A stretch of DNA of 64,000 nt from positions 96,001 through 160,000 of the IMG/VR virus record IMGVR_UViG_3300033067_002502; one strand, 5' to 3'. The stretch is from a virus (Duplodnaviria; Caudoviricetes). Positions 10,026-20,753 of the stretch are shown in pieces (the stretch's first letter is position 1; each line of letters begins with the position of its first letter). Under the pieces are notes generated by a model. That model saw only the letters and a list, made by a program, of their open reading frames with translations. It was not told where the DNA came from and did no database searches. A program made the position numbers and the translations under genes.

Positions 10026-11440
10026 GCGTTTTTGATAATCCTAATATTAATGGTTCTTATGTTCTAAATTCAAATAAAATACCTTTATATATAAAAGAAG
10101 AACTTTCTGTATTAAAAATACAGTTTTCTAAATCAGATACATCTTTTACTTCTTATATTTCTGCAAAATCTTGTATTCTTACAGCAGAAGGAGTTAAAAT
10201 CTTTGCTGTTGTGTTTCAAGACACGAGCGGCAACGAAGTAACAGATATACAAATTCCTTTAATAGGTCAAACTATTGATTATTTAGTCAAATCCATAAAT
10301 AGTTATTCTGACATAGTAGCAGATGTTGTTAATTATTCAGGATTTACTTCAACTTTATTATTAAAAGATACAGCTTTTGTAGATATAACAAATAAGTGGT
10401 CATATTTTAATTCAGAAAACATAGATATAAATTCTTCATATTCTTCTCTTGATGTTGATTTGCGATTCTTTTTAACAACTCCACAGCCTATTTCTATTCA
10501 AAAAAATCTAACTCAGTCTCTTGGCGGTTTTGTTAGTCTTGGGGAAATTTATCAAGGAGCTTTACTTCTTGATTCTTTATCTATTTATGATAGTTCTTTA
10601 TCTATAAATGAAAAAGAAATAAGTTCTGATTTTTCTTTATCTGATTTTCAAAGTAGTCAATATTTACAAATTAATGATGAAATAATTAAAATAGATAAAT
10701 GGATAGGAAGTAAAGCTTACATTTCTGAAAGAAATTCTTTTGATACTCCTTTAAGGATGCATTCAGCAAATTCTGTTATTAGAAAAATAGCAAAAAACGA
10801 TTTTTTTGATAATAAATTGAGTTCTGACAGGAAACAGTATAGGTGTTTAGCTATAAAAAACACAAATAAAACTGATGTTGCTAAAAATATGAAGGTATTT
10901 CTTAGATTATATAGTAGAAATAACTTGTCAGTTATACGTTTAGCTATAGAGTCCCCTATTAGCGATTATTATGAAGGCGTTTCTTCTTCAACAGGTTTAA
11001 CCGCATTTTCTGTTATAGGACTAATAGGAAATTTTGAAAGTTCTCATTTTGTTGCATCTCCTATTGTTTTTACAAGTGGAGTAAATACAGGACAGATTAG
11101 GATAATAAAATCATATAATCCCACAAGTGGGACTATAGAGCTAGATCAAAGATTGCCATTTTCTATAAGCTCGGGTGATTCTTTTTACATAGACACAGCC
11201 CCTTGTCAAAGAGTTAAGTCTGGAACAAAGCCTCCGAGCGGAGATCGTGTTTCTGCTTTTTTTGACGCAAATAGAGAAGAAGATGCTATTTCTATAAATA
11301 TAGGCGAAAATAGGATTAGCGGGAATGATTTGCTGCCAAATGAAGTTATTTATATATGGATAGAAAGAGGCATATCTGATATAAATGATGAATTTATAAA
11401 TAATAGATTTTCTTTAAGTGTAATATACAGTAAAATTTGA
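10022..11440 (+). CDS. Hypothetical protein, probably structural
   Basis: 472-aa ORF with an ATGA overlap, inside the structural cluster. Confidence 0.5.
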   Translation: MSVFDNPNINGSYVLNSNKIPLYIKEELSVLKIQFSKSDTSFTSYISAKSCILTAEGVKIFAVVFQDTSGNEVTDIQIPLIGQTIDYLVKSINSYSDIVADVVNYSGFTSTLLLKDTAFVDITNKWSYFNSENIDINSSYSSLDVDLRFFLTTPQPISIQKNLTQSLGGFVSLGEIYQGALLLDSLSIYDSSLSINEKEISSDFSLSDFQSSQYLQINDEIIKIDKWIGSKAYISERNSFDTPLRMHSANSVIRKIAKNDFFDNKLSSDRKQYRCLAIKNTNKTDVAKNMKVFLRLYSRNNLSVIRLAIESPISDYYEGVSSSTGLTAFSVIGLIGNFESSHFVASPIVFTSGVNTGQIRIIKSYNPTSGTIELDQRLPFSISSGDSFYIDTAPCQRVKSGTKPPSGDRVSAFFDANREEDAISINIGENRISGNDLLPNEVIYIWIERGISDINDEFINNRFSLSVIYSKI

Positions 11441-11441
11441 T

Positions 11442-12509
11442 ATGGAAACAATAAATTTAAATATAAATAAAAAAGAATACTCAAATTCTTTAATTCAAAA
11501 TGTAGAATTTTTAATTAAATTCGAGTCAGTTCCTTTTAAGGAAGAATTAAGCGATCAATTATTACAGTCTAGCGGAAGTCAATATTTTTTTATAGAAAAA
11601 TCGTTACAAGGTAACGGAGCAAGAATGAGACCTCAATCTTCTTTATTTCTTCCTTTGTTACTTACTAAATTAGATGAATTTTCTTTTGGATTTTGGTTAA
11701 ATCCATTTTGGATTTCTCCAACTATAAGTCCTGTTACAAATATGCCTGTTTATTACAGAATGTCTTTATTTGATAAATCTAATTACTCATATTCAAGTTC
11801 TTCTGGATTTGTAAGTCCTGTAGATGGTTCTTTTTCAATATACGAAGAAAGCAGAGATGACGGATTTAATGTTATGAAGATACATCTTATATCTTTTGAC
11901 GGTAAAGAAATTGTAGTTGAAACAGAGTCATATGAATCTAATAAATTCCATCATTTCTGGATAGCGTATTATGGATTAAGTAGAAAATTGAATGTATATA
12001 TTGACGGAAAGCTTGTTAAATTAATTTCAGAAGACGGATTACCTATTCCAGAAAGCTTGAATAATAATTCTTCTGTTTATTTCCATATAAATAATTCTGC
12101 TATTGGATATGGATCTTTACTAAGGCATAATGCTGGATTTATTGATGAATTGGTTTTCATAAGTCAATTTATTGCTAATTCTAAAACAATATCTGATATA
12201 ATAAATTTAGGAGTTGAATATGTTGTTGATCAAAAATTATTATATCAAGGATTGGTAAATAATTGTTTTGTTTTTGATGATCCAACATCTTTAGGAGTAA
12301 CGTCTGTTTTAAGTAATGGAAAGAATTTTTATGCAGGTAGAAGTGATGGATCTCTTTTTAAAGGAGATAGGACTATGTGGCAAGTTAGAAGAGATTTTTC
12401 TAATAGAGAGGAAATCAATTCTGTAAAGAAAAAAATCTTTGATGAAAATTCAGTGGTTAATATTGAGTCCGGTTCTTTAAAATTATTCAAGGCATCTGTT
12501 AGGATATAA
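11442..12509 (+). CDS. LamG/concanavalin-A-like domain protein
   Basis: FSFGFWLNP...FHHFWIAY...LNVYIDGKL...GFIDELVF pattern. Confidence 0.65.
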   Translation: METINLNINKKEYSNSLIQNVEFLIKFESVPFKEELSDQLLQSSGSQYFFIEKSLQGNGARMRPQSSLFLPLLLTKLDEFSFGFWLNPFWISPTISPVTNMPVYYRMSLFDKSNYSYSSSSGFVSPVDGSFSIYEESRDDGFNVMKIHLISFDGKEIVVETESYESNKFHHFWIAYYGLSRKLNVYIDGKLVKLISEDGLPIPESLNNNSSVYFHINNSAIGYGSLLRHNAGFIDELVFISQFIANSKTISDIINLGVEYVVDQKLLYQGLVNNCFVFDDPTSLGVTSVLSNGKNFYAGRSDGSLFKGDRTMWQVRRDFSNREEINSVKKKIFDENSVVNIESGSLKLFKASVRI

Positions 12510-12511
12510 AA

Positions 12512-15500
12512 ATGGCAATAAAGATTACAAAAGTAAAAATTAATAACAAACAAATAGGAGGAGATTTACTTGTTCTTCCTTTTGATATTGTTACTATAAA
12601 TTGGGAAATAAATACAACCACAGCAGCCATAAAACAACTTTCATATGAAATTAGAATAGCAAATCATACCGTTAATTTTGGCACAGATTCTTTTATTCCT
12701 GATGTTATTAGACAGCCATATGCAAGAGATAGATCTCAGTATTGGAGATTGAAAACTAAATTTTTGCAAAGAGGTCATGTTTATTATGGACAAATTAGAG
12801 TCAAAGATACGACTGGAGAGGAAAGTGATTGGGTAACATTTAGCTTTACTATTAATCGTTTACCTTTTTTGACATATGCAAAAATAAAGCCTGAAATACC
12901 TTCTGAAAATGATGATTTAGAATTAGATTTAGGAATTGCGTCGGAGTTAATTTCTATACAAACAAAATGGTTTAGAAACGGAATACATTATAATCAATTT
13001 GATAATTATCAAAAAATATCTAAAGAATATGTAAGATATGGAGATTCTTGGTATTCAGAAATCGTTCCTAATGATGGTATTGAAAAAGGCTCAACTGTTT
13101 TTGCAAAAGCAGTAAAAGTTTCTAAAAAACCACCAATAGTTGATAGTCTTCAAATATTCCCAATTAATCCAAATGTTAATGACATATTGGAGGCAAGTTA
13201 TACAATTAATGATCCAAACACTGCTTCTCTTTTACTTAAAGACAAAAGCCAAATAAGATGGTATATAAATAATTCAGTTATAACAGAGGCAAATGATCAG
13301 AAATTTGTTCGTTTTGCTTTAAAGCCAAATGATAATGTCTTCTTTTCTATAATTCCTAGTGATGGTATATCTTTTGGAGATATGGTGTCTTCTAAGAGTA
13401 TTACCGTACAAGAAGCTGGTTTTAGAGTAACAAATTTAAAAGTATCAAATAGCCTTAATCCAACAGCAAAGTGGAGCGTAATACAGCCTTTTGATAAATA
13501 TTCAAGATATGCAAGTATAAAATTAGGAACAGCACCTGGTTCTGATAATGTATACAGTGAAATTATAGAAACTTATGATAATAAATTTACTATACCAAAT
13601 AAATTAGTAAAAGCAGGTGTTGATTATTATTTATCTGTTGCGTCTAGTGATCAAAAAGATTATTTTCAATATTACGAAACTTCAAAATTCAGAGCTTTAG
13701 GTAATCTTTGGGAAAGAGAAGTTGATAACTTAAAAGGATGGACTATTGAACTTTCTGTAAGCGTTATAGGAGATAATGGTTATCATAGGATTTCAATAGG
13801 AGACGGAAATAGATTTGCCGAAATCAGATTTTATTCTAATAATATACAATTGTTTTTAGGAAGTAGTAATATTAAAACATTTATTATAGATCTTACTAAA
13901 CCTAGAAATATAATAATAGTTGGAAAAGAAAATTCAATAAAAGTATATTATGAAAATTCTTTAATACTAGATGGATCTAATATGTTTTTAGAATTTTCTA
14001 GTGATAAATTTATAGAAATTGGGTCAAATGCAGATTCAGAAGCCGTTGGTTATTTTAAGAGAATTGTTTACAGTGTAGATTCATCTTACGATCCAGGATC
14101 TTCTGTGTATTCTAAAATAAATCTTGAAAAATTTATTGATTTTACAGGAACTTCAATATCTGATATTACTGAACACGAAGGAAATATATTGGTAGCTACT
14201 AATCCAATTAATATTTCAGAAAGTGGGCAGACTTATAAAATTGTAGAAACAGAAAAACCTATTATATCAGCAACAGAAAGCGTTGACTCTTTTGATTTAA
14301 AGGTAAATTCTTTAACATTATCTCCAGATGATAAAATAATGTATGTTTCTCATTCAAAAGGAGCTAGTCTTTTTAATAATTATTTTATCCCAAAATATGA
14401 CAGCGAATCAAAATTTACAGACGGAATTGATCCTGCATTAAATTACTGGGAAAATGTAAAGACAACAGGGTTTGAAGCTTCGAGTTATATTCAAGAAGGA
14501 CTTGTTATAGACACAAGCATCTCCAACAGGACAACCTCTTTGTCTATTGAATCTGCTTTGATAACGGCAAATGTTAATGCTATTAGTTTTTTATCACTAT
14601 ATGATACTATTATTAATTATGATTTTGAAATAGAAATAACAGAAAATAATATACTAAATATTTACCTTGCAGGAACTTCCAATTCCATATATTCAACAAC
14701 TACTATTGATAAAACAATAGAAGATCTTGTTAATGAATTGAAATCATTGACAACTTCTGAGAATTATTTCTTTGCTTTGTTTTATGACATAGTTGTACTT
14801 AATGAAGTTGGCCCTCAAGTTGCTAGTCGTTTATCTCCCATATCTAGTACAAGAATATTCCCTGAGTATAATTTTTCTGGAAGTTATCAAGTTAATGACC
14901 CTTACAATCCAAATCCTTACGGATCTTTGTCAACTGGAAAATGGTTTTATTCTCATAGAAAGAAGGGAACTCCTTGGTTTGATAGAGTTAGTAACGAAAA
15001 AGGATGGACTGTTGATTTTGACTTAAGAATAGATGAAATGGAAGATAGCGACACTCCTTCTAATGTTTCAAATACTAAAGGAATCGGAATTTACATTAAT
15101 GACGGATTGTGTTCGGAAAATATATCTTTCATGTCTCAAGAAATTATACTTGAAGGAACTAATCAGTCTTTCGTATACGACACAACGGCGATGACAAATT
15201 ATAGACTTATTGGTAAAGATAAGAAAATTAAAATATATGGTAAAAAAACAGAAGATTCTTCTTACCAGTTAATAACAGAATCTCCTATTAAAGCAAATTC
15301 AACTAATCAGGGTAATGCTGGTCGTCCTTCTATTGCTTCTGATAGTTTTGGTAATTTACATTCAGTATGGCATGATGATGGTTTTGGAGAAAATAGAAGA
15401 CAATTATATTATAATAAATTTACAGAATCTCTTGGGTGGGGCGAGCCTGAATTAATTCCCACAGGAAATTTCAGTTCTTCAAATCCTAATATATCCATAG

Positions 15501-18500
15501 ATTCTCTTAATAATATTTATGTAGTATACGAAACAACAAGCTCTGATTATACAGATATTTCAGTGGTGTCTAATAATGGCCTTGGATGGTCTGATCCTTC
15601 CTTCTTAACTTCAAATCTTTATGATTCTTTCAACCCTAAAATAGTAATTGATTCAAAAGATAATGCTCATGTTATTTGGGAAGATTATAGAAATTCAAAT
15701 CCTCAAATTTTTTACTGTTCTAGAAGATCTTCTGACGGACAGTGGGATAGTGCTATTTTTGGAGGAGAAGATGTTCAAATAACGGCTGAACACATTGGAG
15801 CAAAAAGACCGTCAATAATTTTTAATAATACAAATATATATGTTTGTTGGACATCTTTTAGCTCAAACGGATCTTCTTCTATTAAAATGGCAAATTATGA
15901 TGAAGGAAATAAAAAGTGGACATCAAGCGGACAGGGAGGATCTGATTTTGCTGTTTCGGGTATTTCTTATTCAAAAGCAGATAATTCTGATATAATTGTA
16001 GATCTTAAGGGGCAAATTGTTGTTGTTTGGAATGATGTATTAGATAATAATTATCAAATTTTTGGAAGATTTATAAATTCAAGATTGGTTTTTGCTAAGA
16101 ATATTACTCAATTAACAAAGGGAGATTTCGATTCAACTCATCCACGATGTGGATTAGATGTAAGAAATGGTGACATTTTTGTTGTTTTTGAAAAACAGCA
16201 AGAAAAAATATCTACTCCTTATGATCCTTATTCTGTAAGAGATTCTGATATTGAATACAAAAGCCCTAGTATTTTTATGCTTAAATGGGACGCTTATCAT
16301 CAAAAATGGATTAGTAGCAATCAGAATGCTCCTACAAATTATATAGATAGTTTTGATTTAGAATTTGATTTCGGTCTTCCTCGTCTTTCTTATAGACCAA
16401 CAATTGCTAGAAAATTTAATACAATTCTTCATATTCTTTTTGAAGGAAATGATGTTTCTTATGTTGGAGAAAATCTTCCTAGTAAGGACTTGTTTGTTCA
16501 AATTAGAGCTATTGATTATAGCAGTAGGGCTTTTTCTCCTGTATTTGTTGTTGACTCTACAAAAGAGCTTTTAATGGATGGAGTGTTAAAAAGAAAAGAA
16601 ATTAGATTTGGAGATTTTTCTGATAATCTTTCTGCTAGAATGGTTATAGGAGGAATCCGTTATTATCTTTCTGATGCAGTTGATCCTTTTTATATTAATT
16701 TGATTTCATCTGCTACAACAAATATACCTAATGATTCTGTTTTGTGTTCTTCTCCAAATAATAATGGAGACGCTTGGTTAGGAACAGAAAATGGATTAAT
16801 TTTTTATAGCAAAATTAATGGAAAAGCTTACATTGTTGATTCCGATGAATCTAACATAAAAGGTCTTTATATAAAATCAATATCTTTTGACAATAAAACT
16901 AATATGTATTTGGCGACATCTTCTGGAGTATATGTAAGCGTAGATCATACTTATTTCTTTAAATTATTATTTGGAGAAAATGATTCGTCTTGTGTAGAAT
17001 CTGATGGATTGAATAATATTTATATAACCACAAAAAATGGTCTTTATATTGTAAATCTTAATAACATATATGATAAATTAGTTATTACTAAAAGCAATGT
17101 CAATCAGATCAGTAGAGAAATTGCTGTAGATGCTTCTGATATTACTAAAATTTCAATAGAAAATGGATTAATTTCTAACAATCTAACGGTTGTTAGGGTT
17201 GATGCTAGTGATGTTGCATGGATTGGATCAGATAGAGGTCTTATTCGTTATTTTAATGGAGAAATAAGTACATTTACTTCTGATGATGGATTGTGTTCTA
17301 ATAAGATAAATGATATATCAATAAGAAATACAGCGATACGATATATTGCTACGTCTTCTGGTGTAAACAAGATGGTTGGTATAAGTATAAATTCTTTGAA
17401 TTTTGATAATACAAATTCACCACCATCTTCGGAAAATCAAGCAAATAAAGGAGATATAAATCTTCCTGTTTTTGTCAACGCTCTTGCTGTCAAGTGGAAA
17501 GAACCTAATATTTTATGGATATCTTCTACTCATAATATTTTTCAAATAACATTTATTGAAGAATCTTTTACTACAGAAAAAACAGAAACAACCAAATTTA
17601 TGAGTAAGGATTTTACACTTACTTCAGTTAATAATTACAAAAATGATGGTTTGCAAACATTCAGAATAGTAGACTTAGATGATAGAATAATTCCAAATAA
17701 TGTTGTTTTTGAAGTATTGCTTAATGGTAATAAAATTACAAGAGGTTATTCTTTTTCTCCAGAAAAGAAACTTATACGTTTTAATTATCCATTATTTGAA
17801 ACAGATATTATAAATATAAACATTCGTTTTGATGTGGAAAAGGTTGGAGATTTTTCTCAAAACAAGGCTCAACAGATTGCAATAGGTAATAAATCAACAA
17901 GAATTGAAAAAATACTATCATCAAATGGAAATATCTATGCGATGACTGGCGGAGATATTAATACTGTTCAAATCAATGATCAAACAACAGATTTGCCTTT
18001 TGATAGAATTATTCTTGATAGGATTCCTCCAGAAGGAAAAATATCTATAGGAGAAAGAAGAGAAAGAAGCATTTTTGGTATTAATATTTCGCCTTTAGAA
18101 TCAGATACTCTTGGTGTTTTTGATGAGGTTTCTGGTATTGATAAGTTGGTTGTTTCAAATTATACAAATTTCACAAGTGATGGAGAAATACCATTAGAGC
18201 CAATGGTATTTACTAGATTTTTACTTCATAATATTGGAGACATGCTAGATAGCGTAAGTAAAGAATTTACCATTTCAAGCGGTAGAGGTAATAGAATATT
18301 CAATTATCATCCTGTTGGAGGAAATTCTTCTATAATGATTGGAACTTCAAATCCTGCTAATGTTTATAAATTTAATGGAATAACTAAAATTTGGGACAAA
18401 ATAGATACTCTTGATAGTATTGGGGGAGTAGCAAATCCAAATGCATCTATTGAATTTTTCATTGAATATCAAGGAAGAGTTTATGTAGGAACCGGAAGCT

Positions 18501-20752
18501 CTAGTGGTTCTGGAAAAATATGGGTCATGAATGCTGACACTATGAAGTTTGACTTATTAAGAACTTTGCCATCAAATACTCACGCTTATTGCGCAATAGT
18601 GTTTGATGGTGTATTATATTTTGGTGGGGGAGGAGGGAGTTATGGAGCTTTATATTCTTTTGACGGAACATCAACAACAGAAATTTTTAAAAATATTAGC
18701 GGTTCTATATATTCTCTTGTTGAGTCAGATAGAGAATTGTATGCAGCAACTGGAAGTGAAGGAAGGATTTATAAACTTGATACAAAGAATAATACTCAGC
18801 AAATAATTGAGGTTAATCCAGATAGAAACGTTACTTGTATAGGAAAGGCTGTTGTAAATGGTCAAGGTTACATATTTGCAGGATTTGGTTCTAGTGGTCA
18901 AATAAAGAGATCTAAAGTTCCTAATAATCCTTTTGTTCATTCATTCAAAACTATTCCTTCTACTGTTTATTCAATTAAAACAATTGGAGATAAATTGTAT
19001 GCAGCAATAGGGAATACTTTGTATTATTTAGATAATGTTTGGAATTCTAAACATGTACATAAAGAAATGATTAAAGATATATCAGAAGGAGAAGATGGGA
19101 ATATTTGGTTTGTATCTGATTCTTACGTTTACAGAATAGGTAAAGTAGAAAATGTTAAGAAAGTTTATCTAAAACTTATTGATAAAGCAGGCAATGAAAC
19201 TAGATTGTATACAGACGAGGCTCAAACAAAGCTTGATGATAATCTATTTGATCAAATAAATATATCTGATTTACAGACATTTATTAATAAAAATAGAATA
19301 TTGCAAGTTGATAATTTCGGAAATTCAATTGCCTTGAGAGAAGGAAATGACAGGTTTTATTCTTCAGATATAATAGAAGAAGAAGTAGGGGAATATTACA
19401 GTGAGATATTTAATGGAACTAACAATCTTGTGTCATGGGATATTATATCATGGGAAGCAACTATTCCAAGTAATACTAGCGTAGATATTTATATAAGAAC
19501 AGGAGCTACAAGAGATGAAATCTTAGATAAAGAATTTAGTTTTTCATCTGGAGGAAAAGATCAAAATAGTGATATTTCTTATTTGTCAGGACAGTTTTTA
19601 CAATTCAAAGTTATTATGACTAGTAGGGTTAGAGGATTGAGTCCTTCTTTGAAAAATGTTGTTATAAAAAGTATTTCTAGCGATTCAACTCATTTCTTTA
19701 CAACAAATTTTGTTTTACCAAGTAGAGTTAAGGGAGGTATTCTTACTTCAACAAAGCTTCTTCCTGTTTCTGCAGATGTTGTTTTTGGAATAAATACAAG
19801 AAATTCTACAGATTTTGCAGAATATCAGATTGTTGACGAAAACAGAATATTTACTACGGAAAATGCTCAGATTGGAGATAATTTAAGAATAGGTATTAGA
19901 CTTATAACTCCAACAAAAGCAGAAGCCGCTACTCCTATTCCTGAAGAATACAATCCATATGGTTCTGCTATATTATTTAATTCCGTAGAGTGGAGCTATA
20001 AAAACAAAAATTCCTTAGAGGGGGTTTATAATTTTATTGTAAGCTTTTATGAAGATGCAAGTCTTTCTAATCTCATCTATACATCTAGTAGTTCTGTTTC
20101 TCCTATAGGTTTTAGTTCTGATGGAGATATAATGCCAACTGGCGGTATTTCTTTCTATCCTGGTCAAGTAAGAGATTTTTCGTTTACTCCTGTTGGAGAG
20201 GTTCCTATAAAATGCAATACATATTATTATACTAAAATAGAAGCAGTAATTGAAAATGATATTTCTTTGATTTCAGAAGATAGTCTTTTTATTGAATCTT
20301 GCGGAACAACGTTTGTCGATATTATAGTGTTTGATTTTTCTAATATGACATCTGATACAGAGACATATCATTTTAGAATAAGATTTTATAAAGATCCAGA
20401 AAGAACTGATTTGAAATATACAGCATTTAGCGGAAATGACTTGTCTAACTGGATAGTTAATGAAGAAAGTCTTCCTGTTGCTGGATTTACATCTTCTCCT
20501 GGACAATTAGTTACCGTAAATTATGTTCCTGTATTGTCTTATATAGATGCGAATACTACATATTATCTTTCTATAGACATATATAATGGTGAAAAGTTTG
20601 AAAACAATAGTAATTCTTTTACCTTTAAGGCAAACGATCTTTCATCTCAGATATATTGTGGGTCTTTTGAAGACGTTCCTGTTGTTAAGAATTTTTCAGT
20701 TATGTTTGAACTTGAAAATAATGAATTTGTTAGCATGAAGGTAAAATTATAA
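12512..20752 (+). CDS. Giant (2746 aa) putative virion/baseplate-associated protein with Ig-like domains and several beta-propellers
   Basis: N-terminal PP.V..L.I.P...W...P.DG Ig repeats. BNR-like GNLHSVWHD/AHVIWED repeats. Regulator-propeller-like blades (GDAWLGTENGL, AWIGSDRGL..DGLCSNKINDI). FLQFKVIM...SPSLKNV motif. Confidence 0.65.
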   Translation: MAIKITKVKINNKQIGGDLLVLPFDIVTINWEINTTTAAIKQLSYEIRIANHTVNFGTDSFIPDVIRQPYARDRSQYWRLKTKFLQRGHVYYGQIRVKDTTGEESDWVTFSFTINRLPFLTYAKIKPEIPSENDDLELDLGIASELISIQTKWFRNGIHYNQFDNYQKISKEYVRYGDSWYSEIVPNDGIEKGSTVFAKAVKVSKKPPIVDSLQIFPINPNVNDILEASYTINDPNTASLLLKDKSQIRWYINNSVITEANDQKFVRFALKPNDNVFFSIIPSDGISFGDMVSSKSITVQEAGFRVTNLKVSNSLNPTAKWSVIQPFDKYSRYASIKLGTAPGSDNVYSEIIETYDNKFTIPNKLVKAGVDYYLSVASSDQKDYFQYYETSKFRALGNLWEREVDNLKGWTIELSVSVIGDNGYHRISIGDGNRFAEIRFYSNNIQLFLGSSNIKTFIIDLTKPRNIIIVGKENSIKVYYENSLILDGSNMFLEFSSDKFIEIGSNADSEAVGYFKRIVYSVDSSYDPGSSVYSKINLEKFIDFTGTSISDITEHEGNILVATNPINISESGQTYKIVETEKPIISATESVDSFDLKVNSLTLSPDDKIMYVSHSKGASLFNNYFIPKYDSESKFTDGIDPALNYWENVKTTGFEASSYIQEGLVIDTSISNRTTSLSIESALITANVNAISFLSLYDTIINYDFEIEITENNILNIYLAGTSNSIYSTTTIDKTIEDLVNELKSLTTSENYFFALFYDIVVLNEVGPQVASRLSPISSTRIFPEYNFSGSYQVNDPYNPNPYGSLSTGKWFYSHRKKGTPWFDRVSNEKGWTVDFDLRIDEMEDSDTPSNVSNTKGIGIYINDGLCSENISFMSQEIILEGTNQSFVYDTTAMTNYRLIGKDKKIKIYGKKTEDSSYQLITESPIKANSTNQGNAGRPSIASDSFGNLHSVWHDDGFGENRRQLYYNKFTESLGWGEPELIPTGNFSSSNPNISIDSLNNIYVVYETTSSDYTDISVVSNNGLGWSDPSFLTSNLYDSFNPKIVIDSKDNAHVIWEDYRNSNPQIFYCSRRSSDGQWDSAIFGGEDVQITAEHIGAKRPSIIFNNTNIYVCWTSFSSNGSSSIKMANYDEGNKKWTSSGQGGSDFAVSGISYSKADNSDIIVDLKGQIVVVWNDVLDNNYQIFGRFINSRLVFAKNITQLTKGDFDSTHPRCGLDVRNGDIFVVFEKQQEKISTPYDPYSVRDSDIEYKSPSIFMLKWDAYHQKWISSNQNAPTNYIDSFDLEFDFGLPRLSYRPTIARKFNTILHILFEGNDVSYVGENLPSKDLFVQIRAIDYSSRAFSPVFVVDSTKELLMDGVLKRKEIRFGDFSDNLSARMVIGGIRYYLSDAVDPFYINLISSATTNIPNDSVLCSSPNNNGDAWLGTENGLIFYSKINGKAYIVDSDESNIKGLYIKSISFDNKTNMYLATSSGVYVSVDHTYFFKLLFGENDSSCVESDGLNNIYITTKNGLYIVNLNNIYDKLVITKSNVNQISREIAVDASDITKISIENGLISNNLTVVRVDASDVAWIGSDRGLIRYFNGEISTFTSDDGLCSNKINDISIRNTAIRYIATSSGVNKMVGISINSLNFDNTNSPPSSENQANKGDINLPVFVNALAVKWKEPNILWISSTHNIFQITFIEESFTTEKTETTKFMSKDFTLTSVNNYKNDGLQTFRIVDLDDRIIPNNVVFEVLLNGNKITRGYSFSPEKKLIRFNYPLFETDIININIRFDVEKVGDFSQNKAQQIAIGNKSTRIEKILSSNGNIYAMTGGDINTVQINDQTTDLPFDRIILDRIPPEGKISIGERRERSIFGINISPLESDTLGVFDEVSGIDKLVVSNYTNFTSDGEIPLEPMVFTRFLLHNIGDMLDSVSKEFTISSGRGNRIFNYHPVGGNSSIMIGTSNPANVYKFNGITKIWDKIDTLDSIGGVANPNASIEFFIEYQGRVYVGTGSSSGSGKIWVMNADTMKFDLLRTLPSNTHAYCAIVFDGVLYFGGGGGSYGALYSFDGTSTTEIFKNISGSIYSLVESDRELYAATGSEGRIYKLDTKNNTQQIIEVNPDRNVTCIGKAVVNGQGYIFAGFGSSGQIKRSKVPNNPFVHSFKTIPSTVYSIKTIGDKLYAAIGNTLYYLDNVWNSKHVHKEMIKDISEGEDGNIWFVSDSYVYRIGKVENVKKVYLKLIDKAGNETRLYTDEAQTKLDDNLFDQINISDLQTFINKNRILQVDNFGNSIALREGNDRFYSSDIIEEEVGEYYSEIFNGTNNLVSWDIISWEATIPSNTSVDIYIRTGATRDEILDKEFSFSSGGKDQNSDISYLSGQFLQFKVIMTSRVRGLSPSLKNVVIKSISSDSTHFFTTNFVLPSRVKGGILTSTKLLPVSADVVFGINTRNSTDFAEYQIVDENRIFTTENAQIGDNLRIGIRLITPTKAEAATPIPEEYNPYGSAILFNSVEWSYKNKNSLEGVYNFIVSFYEDASLSNLIYTSSSSVSPIGFSSDGDIMPTGGISFYPGQVRDFSFTPVGEVPIKCNTYYYTKIEAVIENDISLISEDSLFIESCGTTFVDIIVFDFSNMTSDTETYHFRIRFYKDPERTDLKYTAFSGNDLSNWIVNEESLPVAGFTSSPGQLVTVNYVPVLSYIDANTTYYLSIDIYNGEKFENNSNSFTFKANDLSSQIYCGSFEDVPVVKNFSVMFELENNEFVSMKVKL

Positions 20753-20753
20753 A

